The notes under the pieces: generated by a model
What the model was told of the DNA's origin: nothing
What the model saw: only the letters and a program-made list of their open reading frames with translations
The model's database searches: none
NCBI GenBank assembly: GCA_050260475.1
Contig: JBLNCG010000055.1
Coordinates: forward strand, 12,135 to 76,134
Reading direction: 5' to 3'
Origin: Bacillota bacterium
GTDB taxonomy: Bacteria; Bacillota; UBA4882; JBLNCG01
Length of the DNA stretch: 64,000 nucleotides
Translations under genes and position numbers: made by a program
Part shown: in pieces, positions 39,740 to 50,103 of the stretch
Layout: every line of letters begins with the position of its first letter
How positions within the stretch are numbered: position 1 is the stretch's first letter

Positions 39740-40189
39740 TCATTTTTTCTTTTTACCCTTGCCTTTGTTTTTAATGTGATCCGTATGATTGCGGGCCTTC
39801 CCCTTCAGCGAGTGGAACGCCTTGGAGCCCGGTTTGATCCCCAATTGCTTGGCTATATAGCCCCAGCCCTGGGGTTTATTGACCCTGTAAAGCGCATAGA
39901 CTCTGTCGATGGAAACGCCCGCAAGCGTGGCTAAAACACAAATCATGAAGACATCCGCGGGCTGAACCCCCATCTTCAGGTAAAAAAAATCGATTTTCCC
40001 CGCGGTAATATTATAACTGAGCACCATCTCGGACTTAAACGTTCCGTAATCGGACCGCCCTGAAGTATTAAGTATGGAAAGGGCTACATCCAGTTCTCCG
40101 TCACCGGAACGGGTAAAAGCGAAAGCAGGAAAAGCCAGGACCAGAATAAGCAATAATACTATGGCTGCCTTGTTCTTCATCAGAATCAC
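39740..40189 (-). CDS. Exported hypothetical protein with basic tail
   Basis: Signal peptide; GWG.IAKQLGIKPGS..FH.LK motif; KGKGKKKK C-terminus. Confidence 0.7.
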   Translation of the reverse strand: MILMKNKAAIVLLLILVLAFPAFAFTRSGDGELDVALSILNTSGRSDYGTFKSEMVLSYNITAGKIDFFYLKMGVQPADVFMICVLATLAGVSIDRVYALYRVNKPQGWGYIAKQLGIKPGSKAFHSLKGKARNHTDHIKNKGKGKKKK

Positions 40190-40323
40190 CCCTCATCGAT
40201 ATTATATTCCCGATCATAAGGAAATTCTTCATTGTTGATGATTTTCCTTTCATCCCGCCGGTTTTTTCCGGCAAAATTATGCCCGCCTGAAAAACAAATA
40301 TTCAACCCTGCAATGCCGCGCCG

Positions 40324-41775
40324 CTATCTGCCGATAAACTTCCGCAAGTCGTCCATGGACTGAACGTCCTTCTCTGTGGCCACTTTTTGCCCGGGCAGTA
40401 ATAAATCCGCTATCCGAGGGTATAGGCCGCTATCTACCCAGGCCACGTTCCCGATCCCGCCGTCGCCCTTGAGGAAATTCCTTGATCTGATATAAGCGTT
40501 GGAAACGCCGGTAATCCCGTCGCACTGTTTGCCGCCGGCGCGGTTTGCCAGCATGTCCCAGGTCAGGCCGCCGGGGACGACGGCCGGAGAATTGCGGGAC
40601 ATGATGCCGATTCCCCGCGCCTCCCCGATCCAGAAGGCCAGGTTCTGGAAGCATCCGCAGGAAGTATGGGGAAAGGAACGCAAGGAATGCAGAAAAACCC
40701 TTTGCAGTTTTCCGCGGGTCATTTCCCTGTATATCGCATTGCAACCTTCATATTCCCCTTTTTCCCCGTCCAGGATCCGGCCTTTTTCAAAAACCGCCTT
40801 TAGCGGCAAATCCGTTTCGGAGCGCCGTTGATATGGAAAGACAATATTGCCCAGGCAAACGTCGGCTTTAACCGTATAATATGTCCTGGAAGCGCACGTG
40901 GGAACGCGTTCCGGAGTAAGGATGCAAGTATGTTCCACTGAGAACGGGCGGCACTCGGTGCAAACGCAGAAATCGTCCGTATTCTCTTCGGTCATTCCCT
41001 TGATGAACCTGCCGCGCCTCTTTTTATATTCTTTTACTTCCCGCGCTTTTTGCTTCAGCGTCCCCTCAGGGCGATTTCCATGGAGAAAGCGCCGTTTTTC
41101 TCGGACGCCTTGATCCCGGAGAGGTAATTCAACGCCTTCAGGGCGGTCTGTTCCACCATGGCAGCCAGATCACCGCTTAATTTCTTATCGTCTATTTCAA
41201 TGACAAAACCGATGTCATCCCCGGGCTACCGCTGACAACGGTTTCCCTGCGCGCGCCCTTGACGGGCATGACGCAGAAAAACGAATTTACGCCGCCGCCC
41301 AGGACTTTGACCGGCGCGAATTCTTATTGGCGTAAGCGGTATTGCAGTATTCGGGAAGCCGGATAGCCTCATTGCCGATATAGCGTACGCGTAAATTTGA
41401 AAACCGCATCCCTTTGGCGACGATTTCCTCCGGATCCTCCGCAACCACTCGCCTGCCGTAGGGAAATGGAAAATTTCCGGGCACTGTCGCGGGGGCGCCG
41501 AAAAGCATCAATCCCAGGGCAATCAGATATTTTAAATCAGTCAGCGATTTATGAATGATGATCAATCCGGGCAGATCCTCTTCCAGGAAATGGCCCATCC
41601 GGTGGTCATCCCCGGGCGCAATTCTTCCCCAGATCAGCCCGTACCGCACCATCATCTGCAGGAAATAAATGGGAGAAGTGTCCCTGGCGCCGATGAAGCG
41701 AGTATCAGGGATGCCCGGGAGGTCCGTGAAAATCATAAAGCCTTTTTCCTTTAGCTTTTCAACCAGCGGTTTCTT
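40324..41775 (-). pseudogene. Fragmented acetyl-CoA synthase (AcsB/CdhC-like)
   Basis: 3' fragment retains A-cluster motifs CTECRPFSVEHTCILTPER..TC and HTSCGCFQ; upstream fragment has RYGLIWGRI.PGD; frame breaks between ~41000 and 41300; 5' end lost at repeat copy 7. Confidence 0.75.
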
Positions 41776-41842
41776 CGATAGTCTAACGGTAGCCATACAC
41801 TATATTTAATGGCAAGACCTGGCATTAAGGCAACAACGCAAT
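41775..41842 (-). mobile_element. Palindromic MITE-like element, copy 7 (left half only)
   Basis: TCGATAGTCTAACGGTAGCCATACACTATATTTAATGGCAAGACC...AAGGCAACAACGCAAT. Confidence 0.8.
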
Positions 41843-41872
41843 ACAAATATAAGAATATGCGGAATTACCAAT

Positions 41873-41901
41873 AACAACTTGGAAGGCTCATACATATTTT
41901 A
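41873..41901 (+). promoter_or_regulatory. SigK-type promoter
   Basis: AACA-N16-CATATTTTA, a consensus match. Confidence 0.65.
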
Positions 41902-41932
41902 AGTCGTAAAACGGATTTTAGGGAGTTGGGCC

Positions 41933-42724
41933 ATGTTATATCCGGATGCGCCTTTTTATATGGATAAACGTGAATGGATATTGCACTACGCCATGAATTA
42001 CCTGTACCCCAGCTTTTGCAATTACAAGGATCCCGTTCAATTGTTGTCCGTGATCACCCCGACAAACAAAAGCATTTATCTGGATAATATTCTGGAAAAT
42101 TATGCGAACCAGAGTTATTTAAATAAGGAACTGATCCTCGTCCTCCATAACAATGGTCTGCAATACGGGGAATGGGCCGCCGCCTGCAGCAGACTCAAGA
42201 ATATCCGCATTTATCAGCTGGATGATGACTTATCTTTGGGAGACTGTCTGAATTATGCCGTCGAACAGGCGAATGGCGATATCGTGGCCAAATTTGACGA
42301 CGACGATTATTACGGTCCCGGATATCTGCAAGAGGCCGTAAATTGTTTCCAATACACCGAAGCGGCGATTGTCGGGAAAGTATCCCATTTCGTCTATTTT
42401 GAGAACTCGATGAAACTGGGGCTAATCAACAAAGGACAAGGCTTTCAGTACCTCGACTATCTCTTTGGCGGGACTCACGTGGTGAAGAGGGAGGTTTTCG
42501 AAAAAATAAAATTCCGGCCCATAAGCCTTGGGGAGGATTGCGATTTCAACTTTGATTGTAGACAAAACGGTTACCTGCTTTATGCCTGCGGTCCCATGAA
42601 TTATGTACGCGTGCGCCGCTATGACAAGATACACCATGCCTGGAAACTGGAGGATGACGATTTCGAAGGCGGGTGCTCATTTATCGCATCAACCCCGGAC
42701 TTCCGTGCTTACGCAAACGGCTAA
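41933..42724 (+). CDS. Glycosyltransferase family 2
   Basis: SVITPT, SLGDCLN.AV, AKFDDDDYY and GED motifs. Confidence 0.85.
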   Translation: MLYPDAPFYMDKREWILHYAMNYLYPSFCNYKDPVQLLSVITPTNKSIYLDNILENYANQSYLNKELILVLHNNGLQYGEWAAACSRLKNIRIYQLDDDLSLGDCLNYAVEQANGDIVAKFDDDDYYGPGYLQEAVNCFQYTEAAIVGKVSHFVYFENSMKLGLINKGQGFQYLDYLFGGTHVVKREVFEKIKFRPISLGEDCDFNFDCRQNGYLLYACGPMNYVRVRRYDKIHHAWKLEDDDFEGGCSFIASTPDFRAYANG

Positions 42725-42761
42725 TCATTAAACATCGTTTACGCAAAATGGAGGTCAATAT

Positions 42762-43424
42762 TTGGACATCCATCGTTTTATCACTGAATTGCCGGATCAT
42801 TACCCCGATTTCCTTTATCCCCTGGAATTTGCCAGGTCTGATTATCATATCGACGATAGTGATTTCCCCGCGGGACCCGTGACCGAATATATCGGTCACA
42901 TGTTAAACTTTGCCGTTTCTTTGCTTGCCTCCGGCGAGGCCTACCTGCAGCTTGGCAGTGATTCTCTTGCGGCGCTGGGTTACGCCATGACAGGGAACCT
43001 CGACAAATATTATTATCTGATCGCTCATTTTTCCATCGCTGATATGTGGGAGACGCACTTGAACGCCTGGATTAAGCGGCGGCCGGAATATGCTTCCTTA
43101 CTGAAAGTGATTAAAAGGGATTTTTTCCGCAACCTGCAGACCGAACCATTGCCGCTGGCGCATAAAATCGGGGTTTGTTTTTATAACTCCTTCACATCCT
43201 ATAAAATCCTTTATAAAACCTTGAAATGGCTGGAGCCTTATCTCGCGGAGCAAGCCCTGGTGATAGTCGCCGATGCCAACTGGGAGGATGTCCGGGACGC
43301 CGTCAAAGATTGGACAATTGATGACACCGGTGCTTTTCTTATCTTCGATCTGCCGACCCCCACAAACAGTTTTCCAACCTGGTGGAACGGGATTTTGGTC
43401 CTGGGACATTCAAAGCCGGGTTGA
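42762..43424 (+). CDS. Class I SAM-methyltransferase-like protein (possibly degenerate)
   Basis: LNFAV.LL..GEAYLQLG, IG..FY, L...ALVIV.DANW and WWNG motifs; the SAM-binding Gly/acidic motif is atypical. Confidence 0.55.
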   Translation: MDIHRFITELPDHYPDFLYPLEFARSDYHIDDSDFPAGPVTEYIGHMLNFAVSLLASGEAYLQLGSDSLAALGYAMTGNLDKYYYLIAHFSIADMWETHLNAWIKRRPEYASLLKVIKRDFFRNLQTEPLPLAHKIGVCFYNSFTSYKILYKTLKWLEPYLAEQALVIVADANWEDVRDAVKDWTIDDTGAFLIFDLPTPTNSFPTWWNGILVLGHSKPG

Positions 43425-43492
43425 TTAAAAAAGAAGCAACAAAAACAAAAAGCCGGGTTCCCCCGGCCCGCTGTTTGTTAAATTGACGGCCG

Positions 43493-43900
43493 CTACTCTA
43501 AAATCCGCATCGGATAGGTATCATTGTCCAATTCGTCATATTCTCTGGTGGAGATAGCCAGCATAATAAGCGGCTCTTCCGCCTCGTTCTTAAATGAATG
43601 TATGGTACGGACCGGTACTTTTAAGACCGCATTGTCCCCGGATGTTATTTCCACCTTTTCGGTGACGCCGGTCTCCAGATCTTTCAGGACAATACTTGCA
43701 GTACCGGATACGACGGTAAAATACTCCAGGGCCTTTTCATGATAATGATTCCCCCGCACAGCGCCTTGATTGGTATATAATAGATATACCTCCTCAATAT
43801 GCGTGTCTTTTGGGAGCCGGCTTTCGGTGATTATTTTTTTTAAAATCCCGCGTGCGTCGGAATAAGGTTTGATCCGGATGAACTCGTATTCCCGCTTCAA
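43493..43900 (-). CDS. Cupin-fold sugar isomerase/epimerase (WxcM/FdtA-like)
   Basis: DARG, VRGNHYH, EYF.V and H.F.N motifs; TTG start coupled to the upstream stop. Confidence 0.75.
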   Translation of the reverse strand: MKREYEFIRIKPYSDARGILKKIITESRLPKDTHIEEVYLLYTNQGAVRGNHYHEKALEYFTVVSGTASIVLKDLETGVTEKVEITSGDNAVLKVPVRTIHSFKNEAEEPLIMLAISTREYDELDNDTYPMRILE

Positions 43901-43901
43901 G

Positions 43902-45293
43902 TCAACCGCCTTCCTTCCCCCCGGTATTGTTATATTCGGATAGGCCGACGCCCAAATATTTAAATCCGGCATCTTCCCAAGTGTTTCTTTGATATACCCT
44001 GCGGCCGTCCACTATCAGCGGCAGCTTCATCAGCTTCCGGCATTCATCCGGCTCAAGCCGCATAAATTGCGGCCATGCCGTTACCAGGATTGCCGCTTCC
44101 GCATCTTGTAACACCGCCTTGTAGTCCTCAGTAAAGACAAGTCTGCCGTACTCCCCGGGCAATACCTGTTTCGCATTTTCCAGGGCGACCGGATCAGCGG
44201 CGTATACCACCGCATTTTTCTCCAGCAAATATTTGATCATGACAAGGGCCGGAGATTCCCTGACGTCGTCGGTATCCGGCTTGAACGCCACTCCCAGCAA
44301 GGCGATTTTTTTGCCCGAAAGGTCCCCAAGCGCCCTTTCCAGCCGATTAATTAACCTGACCGGCTGTGCTTCGTTTATTTCCATGACGGACTGCATCAAG
44401 CGGGGAACATAACCTTTTTCCCGCGCAAAAGCAACCAGGGCTTTTACGTCTTTGGGGAAACAGCTTCCGCCGAAACCGCACCCCGCCCGAAGATATTTGT
44501 TCATTTCAGGGCGGATCAAGCGGCCATCCACTTTCGGGCTGAAACGCTTATCCAGGGATACGCCCTCCAGTACTTCCGTGACGTCAACCCCGCCCATCTG
44601 CTCGCAGACGGAGGCGATCTCGTTTGAATACGAGATTAGATCCGCTAGAAGTATATTTGACGCATATTTAATCATCTCCGCCGTGCGCAGATTGACTCCG
44701 AGGATCGGCGCATCAAATAAACCGTCATAAACTTTCCGCATGGTTTCAAAGCTCCGGGCGTCATATGCCCCTATCACAATCCGATCCGGATGCATGAAAT
44801 CCTCCACGGCTTTCCCTTCCCTTAAAAATTCCGGGTTCATGGCAAGACCGAAATCCGCGATTTTTTTCCCGGAGACGCTCTCAAGGGTATTTTTTACCAG
44901 GGTATCTGTGGTAGTGGGGACGACCGTGCTTTTTACGCAAACGACATGATAACTCTCTTTATACGTCAATAGCCGCCCTATTTCCCGCGCGGCTGCTTCA
45001 AGATAACTCAAATCTATTTTCCCGCCCTTGCAGGGAGTGCCTACGGTAATGAGGGAAATATCGGAATTCATCACGGCCGTCCTTAAATCGCAATCAGCAA
45101 TCAGTTTGCCGTTTTGCAGCGTCTGCTTCAGCAGCCCATCAAGGCCGGGTTCGTAAATAGGCGTCTCCGTCCGATTAATCCGGTTTATGACTTCCCTACG
45201 CTTGTCGACGGCGATGACATCATGGCCCTTCGCCGCAAGACACACGCCGCTCACCAGGCCTACATAACCCGTTCCGATTACCGAGATTCTCAT
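43902..45293 (-). CDS. UDP-glucose/GDP-mannose dehydrogenase family
   Basis: GTGYVGL, KSTVVP, NPEFLREG, GFGGSCFPKD and FKPDTDDVRES motifs. Confidence 0.92.
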   Translation of the reverse strand: MRISVIGTGYVGLVSGVCLAAKGHDVIAVDKRREVINRINRTETPIYEPGLDGLLKQTLQNGKLIADCDLRTAVMNSDISLITVGTPCKGGKIDLSYLEAAAREIGRLLTYKESYHVVCVKSTVVPTTTDTLVKNTLESVSGKKIADFGLAMNPEFLREGKAVEDFMHPDRIVIGAYDARSFETMRKVYDGLFDAPILGVNLRTAEMIKYASNILLADLISYSNEIASVCEQMGGVDVTEVLEGVSLDKRFSPKVDGRLIRPEMNKYLRAGCGFGGSCFPKDVKALVAFAREKGYVPRLMQSVMEINEAQPVRLINRLERALGDLSGKKIALLGVAFKPDTDDVRESPALVMIKYLLEKNAVVYAADPVALENAKQVLPGEYGRLVFTEDYKAVLQDAEAAILVTAWPQFMRLEPDECRKLMKLPLIVDGRRVYQRNTWEDAGFKYLGVGLSEYNNTGGKEGG

Positions 45294-45308
45294 CCGTCCA
45301 ACTCCTTC

Positions 45309-46382
45309 TTACAAGTTGTAAATCCTTCTGTACCATTCCAGCGTCTTTCTTAAACCTGCCTCCAGAGAGACTTGGGGAGCATAATTCAGCAGGGTCCTGG
45401 CCTTTGTCAAATCCGGACGCCTCCTCTGCGGGTTGTCAGTCAGGTAATCGGTCTCGCCGCTTTGTTCAAAGCGGATTTCAACATCGCCCGTAATTTCCGC
45501 AATTAATTCGGCCAAGTCTTGCATGGAAATCTCCCTTTCATCGTTTCCGATATTAAAGGCTTCACCGTTGAAATCCGACAGCAGGGCCAGAAAAAAACCG
45601 CAAACCGCATCGCTTATATAGCAAAAACTCCGGGTGGGGGCACCGCTGCTCAACAGTTTTATCTCTTTACGGTATAAGGCGTCGCCGAAAAAGTCGGGGA
45701 TCACCCTTTTATCGTCTATTTTAAGGCCGGGGCCGAATACATTAAACGGCCTGACCGTTTTCACGGGGATGCCATGCTCCCTGTAATAATTGGCGCAAAG
45801 AGTCTCCCCCAGCCTTTTGGATTCATCGTAGCAGGCCCTTGGACCCACGCAGGAAACATTGCCCTTATAATGCTCCGGTGTGGGTATCCATTCCGGAGGA
45901 GGATCTCCGTATATCTCGCTGGTGGAAAACTGCAGGAAACTTCGAATTTTCATTTCTTTCCCCAGATCCAGCAGATTTTTTAATCCCCACACATTGGTTT
46001 CAATAGTTTCAATGGGATGCCGCCGGTAATAGGCGGGCGAAGCGATGCTCGCCGCATGGACAATATAGTCGATTCTTTCATTAAAATGCAGCGGCCGTGT
46101 AATATCACCATGGATTATTTTAAAAAACTCATTTTTAACCAGATGCCGGATACGATCCGGAGTGCCCGAAATAAAATTGTCGATGCAAATCACCCGGCAG
46201 GGCGCATCAAACAAATTCCGGTTGCAATCGTCTAAAACATCCAAAAGATACCCCCCGATAAACCCTCCGCCGCCGCTGATCAGCCATGTGCTTCCCTGCG
46301 CCTTTTTCAACGGTCCCTTTAAGCGTTCAGTGATGTCCTTAATGTCCCCTTCAATAACATGGTTGAAGCCCAACTTTTTCAT
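45309..46382 (-). CDS. NAD-dependent epimerase/decarboxylase (UDP-xylose synthase-like)
   Basis: GGGGFIG, HAASIASP, STSEIYG, RACYDESKR and TRSFCY motifs; start at ATG 46382. Confidence 0.82.
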   Translation of the reverse strand: MKKLGFNHVIEGDIKDITERLKGPLKKAQGSTWLISGGGGFIGGYLLDVLDDCNRNLFDAPCRVICIDNFISGTPDRIRHLVKNEFFKIIHGDITRPLHFNERIDYIVHAASIASPAYYRRHPIETIETNVWGLKNLLDLGKEMKIRSFLQFSTSEIYGDPPPEWIPTPEHYKGNVSCVGPRACYDESKRLGETLCANYYREHGIPVKTVRPFNVFGPGLKIDDKRVIPDFFGDALYRKEIKLLSSGAPTRSFCYISDAVCGFFLALLSDFNGEAFNIGNDEREISMQDLAELIAEITGDVEIRFEQSGETDYLTDNPQRRRPDLTKARTLLNYAPQVSLEAGLRKTLEWYRRIYNL

Positions 46383-47347
46383 CTCCCTGTCGGATATTTC
46401 CCTCTGTTTTCCCGATACCATGCGATGGTCCGTTCAAGGCCCTCCTCCAAAGATATTTTCGCCTCCCAATGCAGGGTGTTTCGGATTTTGGCCACATCCG
46501 GCTGTTGCTTCCACATCTCGTTGTTGCGATACGGGACGGCTCCGTATTGAGGTTCTCCCTCAGCCTTCATTATTTTATAAACCAGATTCACATAGTATTT
46601 CAATTTATACGCTTTTCCGCCGGCGATGTTGAATATCTCGTTATCTAATGTCTGATCCCTGGCGGCAAGGAGGAACCCATCGATAATATTGTCAATAAAA
46701 CAATAATCCCGATACTGCTCGCAAGAGGTCAAACGCACCTCTCTCCCGTCTAATATGGACAAAATAAGATGCGGAAAGAACTTGTGGCTGCCTTCCCTCC
46801 CGCCGAACACACCGAAGGGTCTCAGGGTAATCAGCTTTATGCTCTTTTCGGCTGCAATTCGATGCGCAATCATGGTCGCCCAAAGTTTGGTGATTCCGTA
46901 TATTTCAAGAGGTCTGGCTTCACAATCCTCGGTGATGAGTTCTTTTTTGTCACCATACTCCATGCAGGTGCCGGTATTGACGATTTTGTAGCATCCAGCC
47001 TCCGCTGCTGCGTTAAAAAGATTTATGGCACCGATGACGTTCACTCTGACGGCCGTCGCGTAATCCTGCTGCCTGGAATCGACTCCATAGGCGCCGCAAT
47101 GGAAAACCATCTCAGGCCTGACGTCATTCAATGCATTATGGACCGCCGACGCATCCTCAAGATCAGCATAACAGAGGTCCAATTCAGGCAGTATTTCCTC
47201 CAGCCTCCAAAGGTCGGATGATCTGCGCACCAAGACCGCTGTTGAGGCTTGTTCCCCGACCAGCCGGTGTACGAGGTTGGAGCCGATGAATCCGCTTGCC
47301 CCCGTCACCAGCACCTTTTTATTCCGAAAGAATCCGGCCGTTTCCAA
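46379..47347 (-). CDS. NAD-dependent epimerase/dehydratase (CDP-sugar reductase-like)
   Basis: TGASGFIG, YG.TK and RDY.FID motifs. Confidence 0.82.
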   Translation of the reverse strand: METAGFFRNKKVLVTGASGFIGSNLVHRLVGEQASTAVLVRRSSDLWRLEEILPELDLCYADLEDASAVHNALNDVRPEMVFHCGAYGVDSRQQDYATAVRVNVIGAINLFNAAAEAGCYKIVNTGTCMEYGDKKELITEDCEARPLEIYGITKLWATMIAHRIAAEKSIKLITLRPFGVFGGREGSHKFFPHLILSILDGREVRLTSCEQYRDYCFIDNIIDGFLLAARDQTLDNEIFNIAGGKAYKLKYYVNLVYKIMKAEGEPQYGAVPYRNNEMWKQQPDVAKIRNTLHWEAKISLEEGLERTIAWYRENRGKYPTGR

Positions 47348-47392
47348 CCTAAAACTCCTTATTTCTAAAATTCACGCTTCTATAAATCGTCA

Positions 47393-48157
47393 TTAAGTCC
47401 ACGGTTTTTCACCTTTTTCCCACATCCTGTTGATTGCCTCCGCATCCTTGACCGTATCCAAGGCAAACCAAAATCCTTCGTGCTCATAAACCGCAAGTTC
47501 CTTATCGGCGATGAGACGCCTGATGGGTTCCTCCTCCCAGACGCACTGATCCGAATCATCGATATAATCAAATACCCGCCGGTTGAGTACGAAAAAACCT
47601 CCGTTCACCCATCCCTCCAAAAGCGGCTTTTCCTGAAATTCAGCGGCGATCCCGTTTTCTACCTTCATCAATCCATATCCTGATCTGGGGTGCACTCCCG
47701 TCACTGTCGCAATTTTACCTTTTTCCCCATGGAACTTGAGAAGCCGAGCCAAATCGATGTCGGAAACGCCGTCTGCGTATGTCAACATGAATTCCGCGTC
47801 ATCCACGAATTTTTGTATTTTTTTAATCCTGCCCCCGGTCATGGTGTTAAGGCCAGTATCCGCGAAAATAATGTCCCATTCCGCGGTTGCATCCAAAAGG
47901 GTGATGCGTTTTGAATCCTTATCCAGATATAACCGCAGATTATGGGTTCTCCAATCAAGGTTGACGAAGTAATCCTTGATGATCTCGCCGTTATAACCCA
48001 GACACAGGATGAACTCATGAATCCCGTGCTTCCTATAAATGTTCATGACATGCTGGAGGACCGGAATCTCGCCAATCCTGACCATGGGTTTGCAGGTGAA
48101 GCCGGCATCCCCTCTCATGCGCAATCCCTTTCCTCCGCATAGTATCACTGCTTTCAA
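47393..48157 (-). CDS. rfbF: Glucose-1-phosphate cytidylyltransferase
   Basis: ILCGGKG.R, KPMV, TMTGGRI, TYADGVSD, NGGFFV and H.GFW..DT motifs. Confidence 0.88.
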   Translation of the reverse strand: MKAVILCGGKGLRMRGDAGFTCKPMVRIGEIPVLQHVMNIYRKHGIHEFILCLGYNGEIIKDYFVNLDWRTHNLRLYLDKDSKRITLLDATAEWDIIFADTGLNTMTGGRIKKIQKFVDDAEFMLTYADGVSDIDLARLLKFHGEKGKIATVTGVHPRSGYGLMKVENGIAAEFQEKPLLEGWVNGGFFVLNRRVFDYIDDSDQCVWEEEPIRRLIADKELAVYEHEGFWFALDTVKDAEAINRMWEKGEKPWT

Positions 48158-48253
48158 TCATGCCACCTTCCCCGCCGTCCTCATGAAATCAATATACATT
48201 TATCAGTTCTTAAACAACTGTTTCCCATCATTTTGCGTATACCGGCAAACTTT

Positions 48254-49894
48254 TTAACAGCACCGCGAAATAGGATGCACGCCGCGGGAACGGCCGGTTT
48301 GATAGCCCGCCGGAACCGGTTGGCGGCTTTTTTGATAACATTTGGATACCGGGTGAACTCCGCGGTAAATCAAGAGATCCGATCCGCAAGTACTATCGGC
48401 CGGGCGGTTCCATTCCGGACCGTACGACCATTGGTCCGCGGCATAATACCTCACCAGGCACTCTTTCGCCCATGACAAAAGACGTTCCATGCCATGGGGA
48501 TTCCTCTTGAACCCGATTAAGCCCGCGGCATTATAGATGTTTGGCTTTTGACCTTCTTGAAGCGCATCCTGACGGAAACAATAAAGGATTGCAGGTTTTT
48601 TTCCCCAGCCCGCCAGAACCCTCTCCATATTTTTCAAGTATGTCATATCCGGAGCAAGATAGACAAGGGAATCCATCTGAAAATTGTTATTTAACAAGAA
48701 ATGCATAAACCAGACTTTTATGTCGTTAAAATAGCGGCACGGATCGGGTTTATCCCTGACCAGGTTTCTCAAGTGGAATAGTACGGCATCCTTCAATTTC
48801 ATCGGCGCGAACAGGTCATAGCTCATGTCATCCGCACAGCAAACCCAAAGGCGGCAGTTTTTAATCCGCCTCTTTAAGGATCGATACATTTCCCACCCTT
48901 GCGCTGCGCATCGATGGTCCAGAACCGTACAAAAATTTGCCGTCGTCCGGCTTCCCAAAATACCGGGCTCAAGATGGAAATAATTCCCGATGTATAAATA
49001 TTTTTTTTCCGCCTCGCGATAAAGGCCGCGCTCCCACAATTTAAACTGCTCCATGACATCCCGGCAGGCGTAAATATACGGCAAATATAACCATTTAATC
49101 GCGTCATCGCTGAGTTCATTGTTGTAGTAGCACAAATCATATTCGTTCCTATTGCAGTACCTGAACCCGTAATAATGGTAATTGACCAGCCTTTGGCCAT
49201 CAACATATATGGAACCGCCCTTTTTGGCGACCGAACAGCCTTGGATAATATACGGCGTGGCGTTGACCCCTATATTCCTCATTACCCCGACGTTTTCAAA
49301 TCTGGATGGCCAATCGTTCACATAGACCTGGTCGCTCCACAAACCGTTTTCCTGCCTGTCGTAACACCATTCCAGCAGCTTATCCCTGAACCATTTCAAA
49401 CATCGCAGGGCGTTGGCGTCCCTTCTGTATCCCATAAAACCGGTATTATAAATCCCATTTGTCGACCCCAGGCGCTTATCCTGTTCCCTCCATCTTTCCG
49501 GCGTCAGCATAATGGAATATTTTCCCCATTCGTCGAAAATCGGCCCGGGATTTGAATAAAACCGGGTATCACCGTCCAGCCACGCTATCCGATTGACTTC
49601 CGGGTAGCGCTCAAACAAATATAAACACGCGGAAGCTTTGGCCGTCCAGATATATTCCTTGTCGTTGCGCAGCTCTTTTACCGCCTTCAAGCCCCGTTCA
49701 TACGCCTCAACCTCCGCCATGCCCATCACTGCCGCATATCTTAAATTCATTTTCTCAAAGAAACTTTTTACATTATCGTGCAAACAAATCATATAAAAAC
49801 AAAAATCCGGATCCCACCTTTCCAGCGATTTATATAAAAGCAGGCCCTTATAAGCGTAATCTTTGCTAAAAATTGAGTAATAGTAGTGTTTCAT
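48254..49894 (-). CDS. GT-A glycosyltransferase paralog 4 (full domain plus degenerate second domain)
   Basis: KEYIWTAK, WLDGD, YNTGFMG, WSDQ.Y...WP and YHYYGF motifs; second repeat starts near NFCTVLD; start at ATG 49894. Confidence 0.75.
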   Translation of the reverse strand: MKHYYYSIFSKDYAYKGLLLYKSLERWDPDFCFYMICLHDNVKSFFEKMNLRYAAVMGMAEVEAYERGLKAVKELRNDKEYIWTAKASACLYLFERYPEVNRIAWLDGDTRFYSNPGPIFDEWGKYSIMLTPERWREQDKRLGSTNGIYNTGFMGYRRDANALRCLKWFRDKLLEWCYDRQENGLWSDQVYVNDWPSRFENVGVMRNIGVNATPYIIQGCSVAKKGGSIYVDGQRLVNYHYYGFRYCNRNEYDLCYYNNELSDDAIKWLYLPYIYACRDVMEQFKLWERGLYREAEKKYLYIGNYFHLEPGILGSRTTANFCTVLDHRCAAQGWEMYRSLKRRIKNCRLWVCCADDMSYDLFAPMKLKDAVLFHLRNLVRDKPDPCRYFNDIKVWFMHFLLNNNFQMDSLVYLAPDMTYLKNMERVLAGWGKKPAILYCFRQDALQEGQKPNIYNAAGLIGFKRNPHGMERLLSWAKECLVRYYAADQWSYGPEWNRPADSTCGSDLLIYRGVHPVSKCYQKSRQPVPAGYQTGRSRGVHPISRCC

Positions 49895-50103
49895 ACGCCC
49901 ATCCCCTTTCCGCCAATGAACAGCCACCGATTATTTGAACCCGGCATGGTGATCACTATAAGTGTGATAGGCTATCATATTTAAAAAACCGTAAATTGGC
50001 ATAAGTACATATTACTGATTTTTACTGCAAAAGAATCAAATCATTCGCCATATGCCGACGGGTAAATCGCCGGAAAACGGCCATTAGGCTTTGTAAATGT
50101 CAT

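Noticed and set aside
38425-41842. Half-copies 6 and 7 as ends of a composite transposon or a simple inversion
   Set aside because: Their orientations do not fit a single split element, and no shared TSD is visible; independent deletions are simpler.
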